Source: Bacillota bacterium
Lineage (GTDB): Bacteria; Bacillota; Clostridia; Christensenellales; UBA1242
DNA: 64,000 bases
Assembly: GCA_009787915.1 (NCBI GenBank)
Contig: WQSK01000001.1
Location: 7,119-71,118 of the forward strand
Direction of reading: 5' to 3'
The notes under the pieces: model-generated
Database searches by the model: none
What the model saw: only the letters and a program-made list of their open reading frames with translations
What the model was told of the DNA's origin: nothing
Made by a program: the position numbers and the translations under genes
Shown here: one piece after another, positions 1-8,835 of the stretch
Numbering within the stretch: the stretch's first letter is position 1
How the letters are laid out: every line of letters starts with the position of its first letter

Positions 1-202
1 TCCCCACGATGATAAGGCTTAATTGCGTCGCCATGCTAGACGACAATCCCATGCCTACAAACATGAGTGTCCAAAAGATACCGCCGATACCATTTACCAG
101 AAGGTACTTTCTTTTATCTTTGATTTGGTACGAGGCGAACTCGAAACTCATTGCTATTACCCCAAAGATTTGGGCGATGATGAACCATGCTGAAATTTCC
201 AT
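1..202 (-). CDS. membrane protein, N-terminal part (gene runs off the left edge); YgjV-like
   Basis: Minus-strand frame stays open to the window edge from ATG at 202-200: MEISAWFIIAQIFGVIAMSFEFASYQIKDKRKYLLVNGIGGIFWTLMFVGMGL. Hydrophobic, and resembles the 53319-53897 product. Absent from the ORF track because it is truncated. Confidence 0.4.
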   Translation of the reverse strand, partial: MEISAWFIIAQIFGVIAMSFEFASYQIKDKRKYLLVNGIGGIFWTLMFVGMGLSSSMATQLSLIIVG

Positions 203-312
203 TCTCCAAAGATACGCGCTACCCCTATTAATTGGAAGTAAAATATGGTAATAAAATAATGGTAGTTGGTAAAAAAGTAATGGTATACATAATATCTGTG
301 ATATAATGGTTT

Positions 313-735
313 GTGACTTGTAATAAATGTAAAAGCGATTACACGATAAAGTACGGTTTGCGTTCGGGCAAACAGTGCTACTTGTGCAAAGGTTGTGGTT
401 TTCAGTTTTCTACTGACCATGCTTTTTCTGACCACGAAAAACGTGTGGCATTGACACTTTGCTGTTTTGGGCTATCAATGCGAAAGATTGGGAAGTTGCT
501 TGGGTACAGCCACGTAACAATACGAAACTGGATACGGTCTTTTGAAGAAAAACGTGAGGAACCAAACGAGGATTACTTTATGGACCTTGACGAGATTTGC
601 GAGTTCCTAAAAAAAAGAAACAGCGACCCGCGGTTTAGTAAACGGTTTTCGTCTATGCAAGATGCGTTTACATGGAACGTAGAAAACGAGATGTCTAAGG
701 TCATTGAAAAGGTTATGTCATCCCTCACTATATAA
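313..735 (+). CDS. Zn-ribbon plus HTH protein, IS1 InsA-like (no DDE transposase ORF follows)
   Basis: CxxC...CxxC ribbon (CNKCKS...CYLCKGCGFQF) followed by an HTH-like segment (LSMRKIGKLLGYSHVTIRNWI). GTG start lies 5 nt after TGaTATAAT (302-307). Confidence 0.6.
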   Translation: MTCNKCKSDYTIKYGLRSGKQCYLCKGCGFQFSTDHAFSDHEKRVALTLCCFGLSMRKIGKLLGYSHVTIRNWIRSFEEKREEPNEDYFMDLDEICEFLKKRNSDPRFSKRFSSMQDAFTWNVENEMSKVIEKVMSSLTI

Positions 736-760
736 ACATAAACTATTGTAGGTACATATT

Positions 761-1120
761 ATGGAAGATTTTGAACTGGAAATAGAAACTTGCTGTGTGG
801 AACTTGGGGCAGTTGCGAGCAACACTGTGGACATAGACCTTGTAGAGGTCAATATTCAAAAGAGTGCAAGTTGCGGATGGACAATGCCAGGGGGTGTTAT
901 TACATTTTGTAATTTAATCACAAATCAAAGTGAAACCGACCTAGAGCAAGTAATCTTCCGCGATAAACTGGATACAAGATTTCAATATGTGCAAGACAGT
1001 TTCACGGTTGACGGGGTTTCAAAAACGCCAACCGTCGACAACAACACAATCGTGTACTGTATAGATTTTTTGCAAGGTCAATCATGTACAAATATTTGCT
1101 TTAAAGTAAAAACACTATGA
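761..1120 (+). CDS. hypothetical small protein, DUF11/conserved-repeat-domain-like
   Basis: Pattern GVITFCNLITNQSETDLEQVIFRDKLDTRFQYVQDSFTVDG resembles the TIGR01451/DUF11 fold signature. CC pair near the N-terminus. Confidence 0.4.
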   Translation: MEDFELEIETCCVELGAVASNTVDIDLVEVNIQKSASCGWTMPGGVITFCNLITNQSETDLEQVIFRDKLDTRFQYVQDSFTVDGVSKTPTVDNNTIVYCIDFLQGQSCTNICFKVKTL

Positions 1121-1136
1121 AAAAAGGAGCGTAATA

Positions 1137-1646
1137 ATGCCAATAATTTCAAATACTTCAGAGTTGTTATGCAGACCATGTTGTGGTTGCCCGCCCGAGA
1201 GTTGTCAGTGCGATTTTTCGGAACTCGAAGAACGTCTTGATAAACTCGAGGCGCAAATAGAAATCATAGGGCGGTCCGTCGAGATTTCCGATGTCAGAAC
1301 CGTGATGAGTTCAAACCCAAATATGTCAGGGCTTGGTACTTCGGTTATCAGTATCGGACCAACATATAACTATTGGGGCGAGGGTGCACTTAGCGTAGGG
1401 CATCAATGGGCTAATGGTACGACCTATTATTTATCGACCGTTGCAGATTTCCCAGAGTTGGCGTTTTATCAAGGTCAACCAACAATAGGAACCGTTTGGT
1501 TTACAGCCAGTGGCGGGATTCAGTCTATGCCTATATATGTTGACAGTACAGGAATTTATATAAAACCAACAAATAACTTAAACGCGACATCTGGAACGAC
1601 ATTCAAGTTTACCCTGACGTTAATCTTGACAAACGCCATGTTGTAA
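1137..1646 (+). CDS. hypothetical protein with Cys-rich N-terminus and short coiled coil
   Basis: GGAG-type RBS (aaaaggagcgtaataATG). N-terminus is CRPCCGCPPESCQC, then LEERLDKLEAQIEI. No recognised family. Confidence 0.5.
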   Translation: MPIISNTSELLCRPCCGCPPESCQCDFSELEERLDKLEAQIEIIGRSVEISDVRTVMSSNPNMSGLGTSVISIGPTYNYWGEGALSVGHQWANGTTYYLSTVADFPELAFYQGQPTIGTVWFTASGGIQSMPIYVDSTGIYIKPTNNLNATSGTTFKFTLTLILTNAML

Positions 1647-1661
1647 TGTTAGTTATTCGTC

Positions 1662-2213
1662 ATGGGTGAAGATTCAGAATTGTTAGACGAACTGGACGAA
1701 AACGGCCAGTTTTTAGGACACACAGTAAAGCGTGGAGATGCGCACAAGAACGGAAACTGGCATAGGGCGGTTGTTTTATATTTGGTGAGCAGTAAAAACC
1801 AAGTCCTTTTACAACGTCGTAGTTTAAAAAAGAAAAAGTGGCCAGGCTATTGGGATTTGACAAGCGGCGGTCACGTCGATGCGGGGGAGTTGGGCTTGGG
1901 CTCGGCTATTCGCGAGTTGGAAGAAGAACTTGGTATTTCGGTCGAGGTAAAAGATGTTCGATATATCGCAGGCCGTCGTACCCAGACGGAAAAGTTCGGG
2001 ATGGTTGACAAACATCATAATGAATACTATGTTGCTTTCAAAGACGTAGACGTTAAAGATATTAAACTTAACAAAGACGAAGTCGAGGAAGCAAAATGGT
2101 TTGATTTAAGCGAATTCAAAAAAATGGTAAAGGCCAAAGACGAGAAACTTACCGCGAAATGGGCGGCGTATGAATTTTTGCTTAAATACATAGACACATA
2201 TGGCAAGAATTGA
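1662..2213 (+). CDS. Nudix hydrolase
   Basis: Nudix box GGHVDAGELGLGSAIRELEEELGI (GX5EX7REUXEEXGU). Confidence 0.85.
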   Translation: MGEDSELLDELDENGQFLGHTVKRGDAHKNGNWHRAVVLYLVSSKNQVLLQRRSLKKKKWPGYWDLTSGGHVDAGELGLGSAIRELEEELGISVEVKDVRYIAGRRTQTEKFGMVDKHHNEYYVAFKDVDVKDIKLNKDEVEEAKWFDLSEFKKMVKAKDEKLTAKWAAYEFLLKYIDTYGKN

Positions 2214-2250
2214 TTTGCCAAAAACGATATAATTGGGTGATACTTTTGTT

Positions 2251-3336
2251 ATGAGCATAACAGAAGGAGCATTGCCAACGCCTCAGGAGTTAAGGGACCA
2301 CCTTGACTCTATTGTCGTTGGTCAGGAAGATGCAAAAAAGGTTTTGTCCGTTGCGGTGTATAATCACTATAAGCGCATTCGGTTCAAAGATTCAAATGCC
2401 GAGTCGGGTATTGAAATCAAAAAAAGTAACATCATGATGATTGGTCCTACGGGTTCGGGTAAGACGTATACTTTGCAGGCGCTGTCAAAAATGTTGGGGG
2501 TTCCACTCGCGATGGGTGACGCGACGGTTATTGTTACATCAAACGATATGGGTAAAGCCATCGAGGGGCTTATGAAACTTTTGCTTGATGCCGCGGGTGG
2601 GGACGTTCAAAAAGCCGAAGCAGGTATTGTTTTCATAGACGAGGTTGATAAACTCGTTACAGGTATAAATAAGGTGAAGGGTGAGTCTATTCAACAAGCA
2701 CTTCTTAAAGTTATCGAAGGAACGATAATGCAAATCACCATGGACGACGGGAGCAAAGTCGAACTTAATACCTTCAACATTTTGTTTATCGCAGGGGGTG
2801 CGTTTGTCAACTTGGCACCTATGGTTCAGATAAGATTGGGTGATGTCAGCGCAGGTCTTTTGACCGAAGAAGAACTTGTCAAACAATCCACGACCGAGGA
2901 CTTGTCAAAATTTGGTCTTATCCCCGAGTTTGTCGGTCGTTTGCCTGTTATTGTTGTTTTGACGGCACTTAAAAAAGACGCACTTATAGAAGCCCTTGTT
3001 CGACCAAAAAACAGTATCGTAAAACAATACACCCATATGTTTCAACTCGATGGTCTGGAACTTGTGTTCTTGGAAGAAACCCTTGAGGCCGTTGCGGAAA
3101 AAGCAATAGAGATGCAAACAGGGGCAAGGGGACTTAGAACAGTTTTGGAAAATGCTATGCGTGATATCATGTACCAGATTCCAAATGAAAAAGACCTTAA
3201 ACGCGTTATCATGACACCGCAATCAATTACGGGCGAGGCTAAACCGATTTTTGAATATCAACAATCTATAAAGCAGGGGGAATTGAACCCATTACCTCCA
3301 AAAGCAACAAGGAGTACATACGCACATGCAGACTGA
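2251..3336 (+). CDS. ClpX-like AAA+ ATPase paralog lacking the Zn-binding domain, GYVG pore loop and IGF loop
   Basis: Walker A GPTGSGKT, Walker B IVFIDEVDK, sensor-2 TGARGLR, ClpX-type LIPEFVGRLPV. The segment aligned to the GYVG loop reads SNDMG. ATG at 2251 preferred over the track TTG at 2233. Confidence 0.85.
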   Translation: MSITEGALPTPQELRDHLDSIVVGQEDAKKVLSVAVYNHYKRIRFKDSNAESGIEIKKSNIMMIGPTGSGKTYTLQALSKMLGVPLAMGDATVIVTSNDMGKAIEGLMKLLLDAAGGDVQKAEAGIVFIDEVDKLVTGINKVKGESIQQALLKVIEGTIMQITMDDGSKVELNTFNILFIAGGAFVNLAPMVQIRLGDVSAGLLTEEELVKQSTTEDLSKFGLIPEFVGRLPVIVVLTALKKDALIEALVRPKNSIVKQYTHMFQLDGLELVFLEETLEAVAEKAIEMQTGARGLRTVLENAMRDIMYQIPNEKDLKRVIMTPQSITGEAKPIFEYQQSIKQGELNPLPPKATRSTYAHAD

Positions 3337-4096
3337 AACAATTAATTATAATAATGGCGACAAATATGTTGGTGACATCGTGGGCGGAAAGCGCGAGGGT
3401 TTTGGCAAGTATACCATAAAAGACGGTGGCACCTATTCGGGGCAATGGGGTGACGACCGAAAACAGGGGCGCGGAAAGTTTGATTATCCAAGTGGTGCGG
3501 TGTACGAGGGCTATTGGCACAATGACCAAAAGCAAGGACTTGGGTCTTATTATTTTTCTAACGGGGATATTTATGTTGGGAACTTTGAAAACGATATGCC
3601 GAACGGGCAAGGCACATACGCATGGCGTATAAACGGTGATAGGTACGAGGGGGACTTTGTAGACGGGGTTCCGCACGGTGAAGGCACACATATGTTTACC
3701 GACGGAAATGTTTATCAGGGTGCTTTTGAAGAAGGCTTTATGCAGGGAGAGGGTGTTTTCTATTATAAAAGCGGCGGCAGGTATACTGGGGCTTGGAAAA
3801 ACGACAAACGTCACGGGAAAGGTGTTTTGTCACTCAGTGAAAAAACAGGTTATAACGGCGACTGGGTCGATGACATGCGTCATGGAAAAGGTGTGTACCA
3901 CCTTGCAAACGGCGAGTTCTATGACGGGAGTTTCAGCCAAGGCAAGATGAATGGCACAGGCAGATACCATTATGCAAACGGAGATGTCTTGGACGGGATT
4001 TGGCACAGCGACATCAAGAACGGGAAAGGCACCTATATATACGCAGACGGTAGGCGCGAGGACCACATATATCAAGGCGACGGCCGTGTAGGTTAG
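3326..4096 (+). CDS. MORN-repeat protein
   Basis: About 10 tandem YxGxWxxxxxxGxG repeats (YEGYWHNDQKQGLG, YTGAWKNDKRHGKG and others). Overlaps the stop of the ClpX-like gene by 11 nt. Confidence 0.85.
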   Translation: MQTETINYNNGDKYVGDIVGGKREGFGKYTIKDGGTYSGQWGDDRKQGRGKFDYPSGAVYEGYWHNDQKQGLGSYYFSNGDIYVGNFENDMPNGQGTYAWRINGDRYEGDFVDGVPHGEGTHMFTDGNVYQGAFEEGFMQGEGVFYYKSGGRYTGAWKNDKRHGKGVLSLSEKTGYNGDWVDDMRHGKGVYHLANGEFYDGSFSQGKMNGTGRYHYANGDVLDGIWHSDIKNGKGTYIYADGRREDHIYQGDGRVG

Positions 4097-4097
4097 T

Positions 4098-4613
4098 ATG
4101 GAACTTATCGACACATATGACAAAGACGGTAACCATGCTGGCGTAATGGACAAGTTTGTTGCAATTGAAACTTTGCAACGGTTTAAGTGTGTTCATGTTT
4201 GGATTATAAACAGTAAGGGCGAGGTCTTGGTTCAAAAGCGTTCTGCAAACAAACGCAGTCATCCGAACGAGTGGGACGTTTCGGTCGGTGGGTTTATTCT
4301 TGCGGGTGAAGAAATTTTGGACGCGTGCGTGCGCGAAGTTTTCGAGGAGTTAGGTATCAACTTGACAAAAGAGAAGTTCGTGTTTCAATGTGCAATACAA
4401 AAGACAAAGGGTTTGATACCTTATTTGTTTCTTGTAAAGCAAGACATTGAAATCAAAGACATGAAATTACAAACCTGTGAAGTTTCGCAAGTAAAATGGC
4501 TTTCATTTAAAGATTTTGAAAAGTTTTTTGCCTCGAGAGAGTTTGTACCCCACAGCGAATATTATAGAAGCACAGTGCTTGGGTTTATCAAAAGAGGTGT
4601 TCAAGGGTTATGA
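4098..4613 (+). CDS. Nudix hydrolase
   Basis: Nudix box GGFILAGEEILDACVREVFEELGI. Same subfamily look as the 1662-2213 product. Confidence 0.8.
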   Translation: MELIDTYDKDGNHAGVMDKFVAIETLQRFKCVHVWIINSKGEVLVQKRSANKRSHPNEWDVSVGGFILAGEEILDACVREVFEELGINLTKEKFVFQCAIQKTKGLIPYLFLVKQDIEIKDMKLQTCEVSQVKWLSFKDFEKFFASREFVPHSEYYRSTVLGFIKRGVQGL

Positions 4614-6571
4614 GTTCGTTTAAAAAACTTTGGGGAAACGACATCTTTAATTTCTCGATGCTGAGGGCACTTAACCATGTCATTATGATGTTCGCCACGG
4701 TCTTTTTGAATTTGTACTTTTACGACCTAAGTGAAGGCTCGATGACACCCATCGCTATTTATAACTTGGTGTTTTTCACGGCATGCGGTCTTGTTATATT
4801 CCTTTGCCGAAACATAAACAAGGGCGGAAACAAGATGCTTCTTATTCGCGTATCGTTGGTTTTATACGCGGTGTGCTTTGTTGTGATTGCAATATTGCGC
4901 GAGGACGTCATTAACTTTGTCTGGTTGGTGGGTATATTGTTGGGCGGACAGCACGGGATGTATTTCTCGGCCAAGAACCCGCTGGAGGGCGAGATTATCT
5001 CTAACAAAATCCGTGTGCGCTATATGGGAATCATGGTTGTGGTCAATAGTGTCTTAAGTATTTTGTTTCCGCTTGTGTTTGGCGGGATTTTGACGTACCA
5101 GGCGTATTACCATGTTTCAATAGTTGTGGCTGTGTTTGTTTTGATAGCGTTATTTTTTGCGTGCCGAATCAAAAGCCCAAGTACAAACAGAGGCGAAAAA
5201 ACAAAGATGCGGGAATACCTGCGTGAACTTAAAAAACCCGAGAACAAACCCATACGGATTTTTGGCTGGGCGTACTTTTTCGGAGGCATGACCGTGTTGG
5301 GTGGTGCAATGGCATCAATATTAACTATTATAAAGTTCCAGGTCTTTGACACAAATATGGCACTAGGTGCCGCAACATCGGCGTTCACAGTCTTTTCTAT
5401 TATAAGTGGCTTCGTCATGAGCAAATTTATAAACGAACGAAACAGAAACCGATTCTTGCTATCCGTGTTTTTCTTGCAAGCAATCGCCGTGTTGATTGTG
5501 GCTTTTTACACAAACACAGGAACGATAATTGCGTTCAGTATCGTCAACGCGTTTTGCCTCGGTATGATTACGGGGCTTGTATCTGCCCAGTTTTTTAATT
5601 ATATAAATCACAAAAGCATCAAAGAAAAATATAAAATAGAATATATCGTGGTTATAGAGATGTTCATAGCCGCGGGTCGTATCTTGGGCTTTACCATTAT
5701 GGTGTTGGGCGGGGTTTTCTTTTCTTATATTTTGCTGCAAATAATCTTGGTGGTTATGGTTGTTTCATTATTTATGTTTGTTGTATTATCCTGTATTGTG
5801 AAAAACAAAATGTGCGACCAAAGAAAAGACGTCTTGGTTTTTGACTGTGACGGGACAATTACCCATGTTAAGGATAACAAGATTTCGGACTTTACATATG
5901 ACGCAATCAAAAAGGCTCAAGAAAAATACATCATCGTTTTTGCAACGGGGAGGAATCTGACCTATTTCAAACAAATGTTTGGGGACAAACCCGTAATAGG
6001 GGACTATGCGGTACTGAACGACGGGGCAAGTGTTTATGATTTGAACGGGGAAAAACTTTTGTTTGCCGACTATATCAAAAAGGACAAGTTAAAGTTGCTC
6101 CTTGAAAACCTAAACCACTGCACGCGTATTACGACCCATGATATAGAACATAAACATATTGAAACCAAAGACCTTGATATTAACGAGGTTCTAAAAGGTG
6201 ATGTTTTGCGTCTTGACCTGACACCAACAGGGCAAGACAAACCCGATGTTATTGTATCAGAACTAAACGCCCTCGGTACAAAGTTAAACATCCACAAAAT
6301 GAAAGACAGTATCCGCCCAAATTCTTGGGTAGTGGTGACTTGCGGTTTGGTGAACAAAGGAAACGGGCTTAAACGGCTGGCGAAAGTTAAAGGCTTTGAT
6401 TTGAAACGTGCAACGGCATTTGGCGATAGTTATAATGATATATCTTTCTTTGAAATATGTGGGAAAACAGTTGCCGTGGAAAACGCCGAGGCGGAACTTC
6501 TCGCTGTCGCTGGAAAAACAATCGGGACAAACGAGGATGACGCTGTGGCTAAATACATTATTGCGTTATAG
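4610..6571 (+). CDS. fusion protein: multi-pass (MFS-like) membrane domain plus C-terminal Cof-type HAD phosphatase
   Basis: About 400 aa of repeated hydrophobic helices, then HAD motif I VFDCDGTIT and motif IV FGDSYNDISFF with a Cof-like cap. Confidence 0.75.
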   Translation: MSSFKKLWGNDIFNFSMLRALNHVIMMFATVFLNLYFYDLSEGSMTPIAIYNLVFFTACGLVIFLCRNINKGGNKMLLIRVSLVLYAVCFVVIAILREDVINFVWLVGILLGGQHGMYFSAKNPLEGEIISNKIRVRYMGIMVVVNSVLSILFPLVFGGILTYQAYYHVSIVVAVFVLIALFFACRIKSPSTNRGEKTKMREYLRELKKPENKPIRIFGWAYFFGGMTVLGGAMASILTIIKFQVFDTNMALGAATSAFTVFSIISGFVMSKFINERNRNRFLLSVFFLQAIAVLIVAFYTNTGTIIAFSIVNAFCLGMITGLVSAQFFNYINHKSIKEKYKIEYIVVIEMFIAAGRILGFTIMVLGGVFFSYILLQIILVVMVVSLFMFVVLSCIVKNKMCDQRKDVLVFDCDGTITHVKDNKISDFTYDAIKKAQEKYIIVFATGRNLTYFKQMFGDKPVIGDYAVLNDGASVYDLNGEKLLFADYIKKDKLKLLLENLNHCTRITTHDIEHKHIETKDLDINEVLKGDVLRLDLTPTGQDKPDVIVSELNALGTKLNIHKMKDSIRPNSWVVVTCGLVNKGNGLKRLAKVKGFDLKRATAFGDSYNDISFFEICGKTVAVENAEAELLAVAGKTIGTNEDDAVAKYIIAL

Positions 6572-6625
6572 GCGTATTGACACGCGCATAAAATAGTATA
6601 TATTGTTTCAAGGAGTGGCTGAGGA

Positions 6626-6946
6626 ATGAAAGAAAGAAACATCTGGATTATGGTTTTGTTGACGGTCGTGACGGCAGGGTTTTATTTGCTTTTTTGGAAC
6701 GCGATGTTCCAAGGGCAACTAAAAGAACAAACTAAAAAAGGCTTTGGCCCGATAGTTCATTTGTTGATGTTGGTTTTTACATTTGGGATTTATGCGATTT
6801 ATTGGCAATATGCGGCGGGGTCACGCCTTGCTGAAATTGGGGCAAAAGACAGGTCGGTTTTGTATCTTGCGCTTTGTTTTATTTGGATGTCGTGGCTTAA
6901 CCCGTTTTTGATGCAGAACCAGGCAAACAATATCCACAAGGCATAA
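6626..6946 (+). CDS. small membrane protein, DUF4234-like
   Basis: AAGGAG RBS. Two TM segments carrying a GFYLLFW / GIYAIYW pattern. Confidence 0.5.
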   Translation: MKERNIWIMVLLTVVTAGFYLLFWNAMFQGQLKEQTKKGFGPIVHLLMLVFTFGIYAIYWQYAAGSRLAEIGAKDRSVLYLALCFIWMSWLNPFLMQNQANNIHKA

Positions 6947-6961
6947 ATTGGTAGGTGTAAA

Positions 6962-7225
6962 ATGAACGAAAGAACACTTGAACAAAGAATTGACGAAATT
7001 GAACAGCGCAACCAGCGGGTTGAAAATGATAAGGCATGGGAACGCAGTATATTCCGTATCGGGTTTATTCTGGCTTTGACCTATGGGTTTGCGGTTTTGT
7101 ATATTTGGTTGGCCGATACAACAAATCCGTTCCTTGGTGCGGTGGTTCCGACTGTTGGCTTTTTATTATCGGTTCAATCGTTAAAGTTGGTTAAGATTGT
7201 GTGGCTTAAAATTAGAAACAAATAG
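6962..7225 (+). CDS. small membrane protein
   Basis: AGGTG RBS. N-terminal charged helix followed by two hydrophobic helices. Confidence 0.45.
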   Translation: MNERTLEQRIDEIEQRNQRVENDKAWERSIFRIGFILALTYGFAVLYIWLADTTNPFLGAVVPTVGFLLSVQSLKLVKIVWLKIRNK

Positions 7226-7257
7226 ACAATGAAACATATTTACTGTACAATCTTTGT

Positions 7258-8835
7258 ATGGAAAAAAAGAAGGTACTTGTTGGTCTTTCGTGGCCGTACG
7301 CGAACAGTCGCTTGCACATTGGGAATGTTGCCTCGAGTTTACCTGCGGATGCGATTGCGCGCTATCACCGTATGATTGGGAATCGGGTGTCTTTTGTGAC
7401 GGGCTCGGATTGTTACGGTACGCCGATTACTGTGAGGGCAAGCAAAGAGGGTTTGACCCCGACCGAGATTGCGGAAAAATATCACGCACATCATGCCGCG
7501 GATTTTAAGGCTTTTGATTTTTCATTTGATAATTATGACAAGACTTTGTCGGCGCGCCACCACAAATTTGTCCGTGAGTTCCACGAACAAATGTACAAAG
7601 GCGACATGGTTTATGAAAAGGCGGCTCCACAGTTTTATTGCGACAAGTGTAAAAAGTTTTTGCCAGACAGATATGTAGAGGGGATTTGTCCGCATTGTAA
7701 AAAGGCGTCTAAAGGGGATTCATGTGATTCTTGCGGAAAGATTTTAGAACCTGAGGAATTGCTTTCACCAAAATGTATTACTTGTAACGGTACACCTGTT
7801 GCAAAAGACCAGACACAACTGTATATCAAATTTTCTTCAATGCAAAAAGCCATAGAAAAATATTATAAGGAACGCTGTGATAAATGGACGACCAATGCCG
7901 TTGGGTTGACGGGTCGGTATTTGAACGAGGGGTTACGTGACCGCGCGATTACTCGAAGCATTGAATGGGGGATTGATGTTCCGAAAAAAGGTTTTGAGGA
8001 CAAACGCATTTATATTTGGGCGGAAAACGTGTTGGGATATCTGTCTGCTTCGGAACCAGAGTTTTTTTCAAAACAGAGCAAAGACAATTTGCACTATTAT
8101 GTCCATGGCAAAGACAACATTCCGTTCCATGCGATTATTTTGCCTGGCTTGATAATGGCGCATGGCGGGGGATATCATTTGCCTGATATGATTGTTGCAA
8201 ACGAATATGTGACAATCTGCGGAGATAAGATATCCAAAAGCAAGGGAAATTTTATAAGTGCACATACGCTTCATGAAAACCTTGATGTTGATATGGTGCG
8301 ATATTTCTTTTTGCGTGTTATGAACGACAAGCGTGACACAAATTTCACAGCCGAAGATTTTGTTAATACAATAAATGGTGAGTTGGTTAATAATTTTGGT
8401 AATTTGGTTAATAGGACGCTTTCGTTTGTCGCGACGAAATTCGACCGTGTTATTCCAAAATCCACAAATGACAAAGTGGTTCTTGGAGAAATCAAGAATA
8501 TAAAAACCCAGTATAATGACTTAATGATGTTGGGGAGAACGAGTTTGGCACTTAAAGTTGTTATGGATTTGGTGAACTTTGGGAACAAGTATTTTGCGGA
8601 CAACAAACCGTGGACACTTGTTGGCGATGTACCAACCGCCGACCTTAAAAAAGCCCAAGCCGTAATCGGAAATGTCGTGTCAATAATATTAGAATGCACA
8701 GTAATGCTTTCCCCATTCATTCCGCGTGGAACCGCAAAGGTTTTGTCTTGGATAGGCGGGGACAAGTTGGGGGATATCGAGGTGTTGTATCAAAGGCTTG
8801 ATTTAAAAGATATTAAGGAGAAATTAAAGATATGA
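7258..8835 (+). CDS. metG: methionyl-tRNA synthetase (short form, no C-terminal tRNA-binding domain)
   Basis: HIGH-type LHIGN, KMSKS-type KISKSKGN, Zn knuckles CPHCKK...CDSCGK. Confidence 0.95.
   Translation: MEKKKVLVGLSWPYANSRLHIGNVASSLPADAIARYHRMIGNRVSFVTGSDCYGTPITVRASKEGLTPTEIAEKYHAHHAADFKAFDFSFDNYDKTLSARHHKFVREFHEQMYKGDMVYEKAAPQFYCDKCKKFLPDRYVEGICPHCKKASKGDSCDSCGKILEPEELLSPKCITCNGTPVAKDQTQLYIKFSSMQKAIEKYYKERCDKWTTNAVGLTGRYLNEGLRDRAITRSIEWGIDVPKKGFEDKRIYIWAENVLGYLSASEPEFFSKQSKDNLHYYVHGKDNIPFHAIILPGLIMAHGGGYHLPDMIVANEYVTICGDKISKSKGNFISAHTLHENLDVDMVRYFFLRVMNDKRDTNFTAEDFVNTINGELVNNFGNLVNRTLSFVATKFDRVIPKSTNDKVVLGEIKNIKTQYNDLMMLGRTSLALKVVMDLVNFGNKYFADNKPWTLVGDVPTADLKKAQAVIGNVVSIILECTVMLSPFIPRGTAKVLSWIGGDKLGDIEVLYQRLDLKDIKEKLKI

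Noticed and set aside
313-735. A complete IS1-type insertion sequence.
   Set aside because: Only the InsA-like Zn-ribbon/HTH ORF is present. No DDE transposase ORF, programmed frameshift site or terminal inverted repeats are visible around it.
7226-7257. T-box or other riboswitch leaders upstream of metG, serS and the other aaRS genes.
   Set aside because: The upstream gaps are only 18-32 nt, or are gene overlaps. There is no room for a ~200-nt T-box, and no specifier or T-box sequence is visible.
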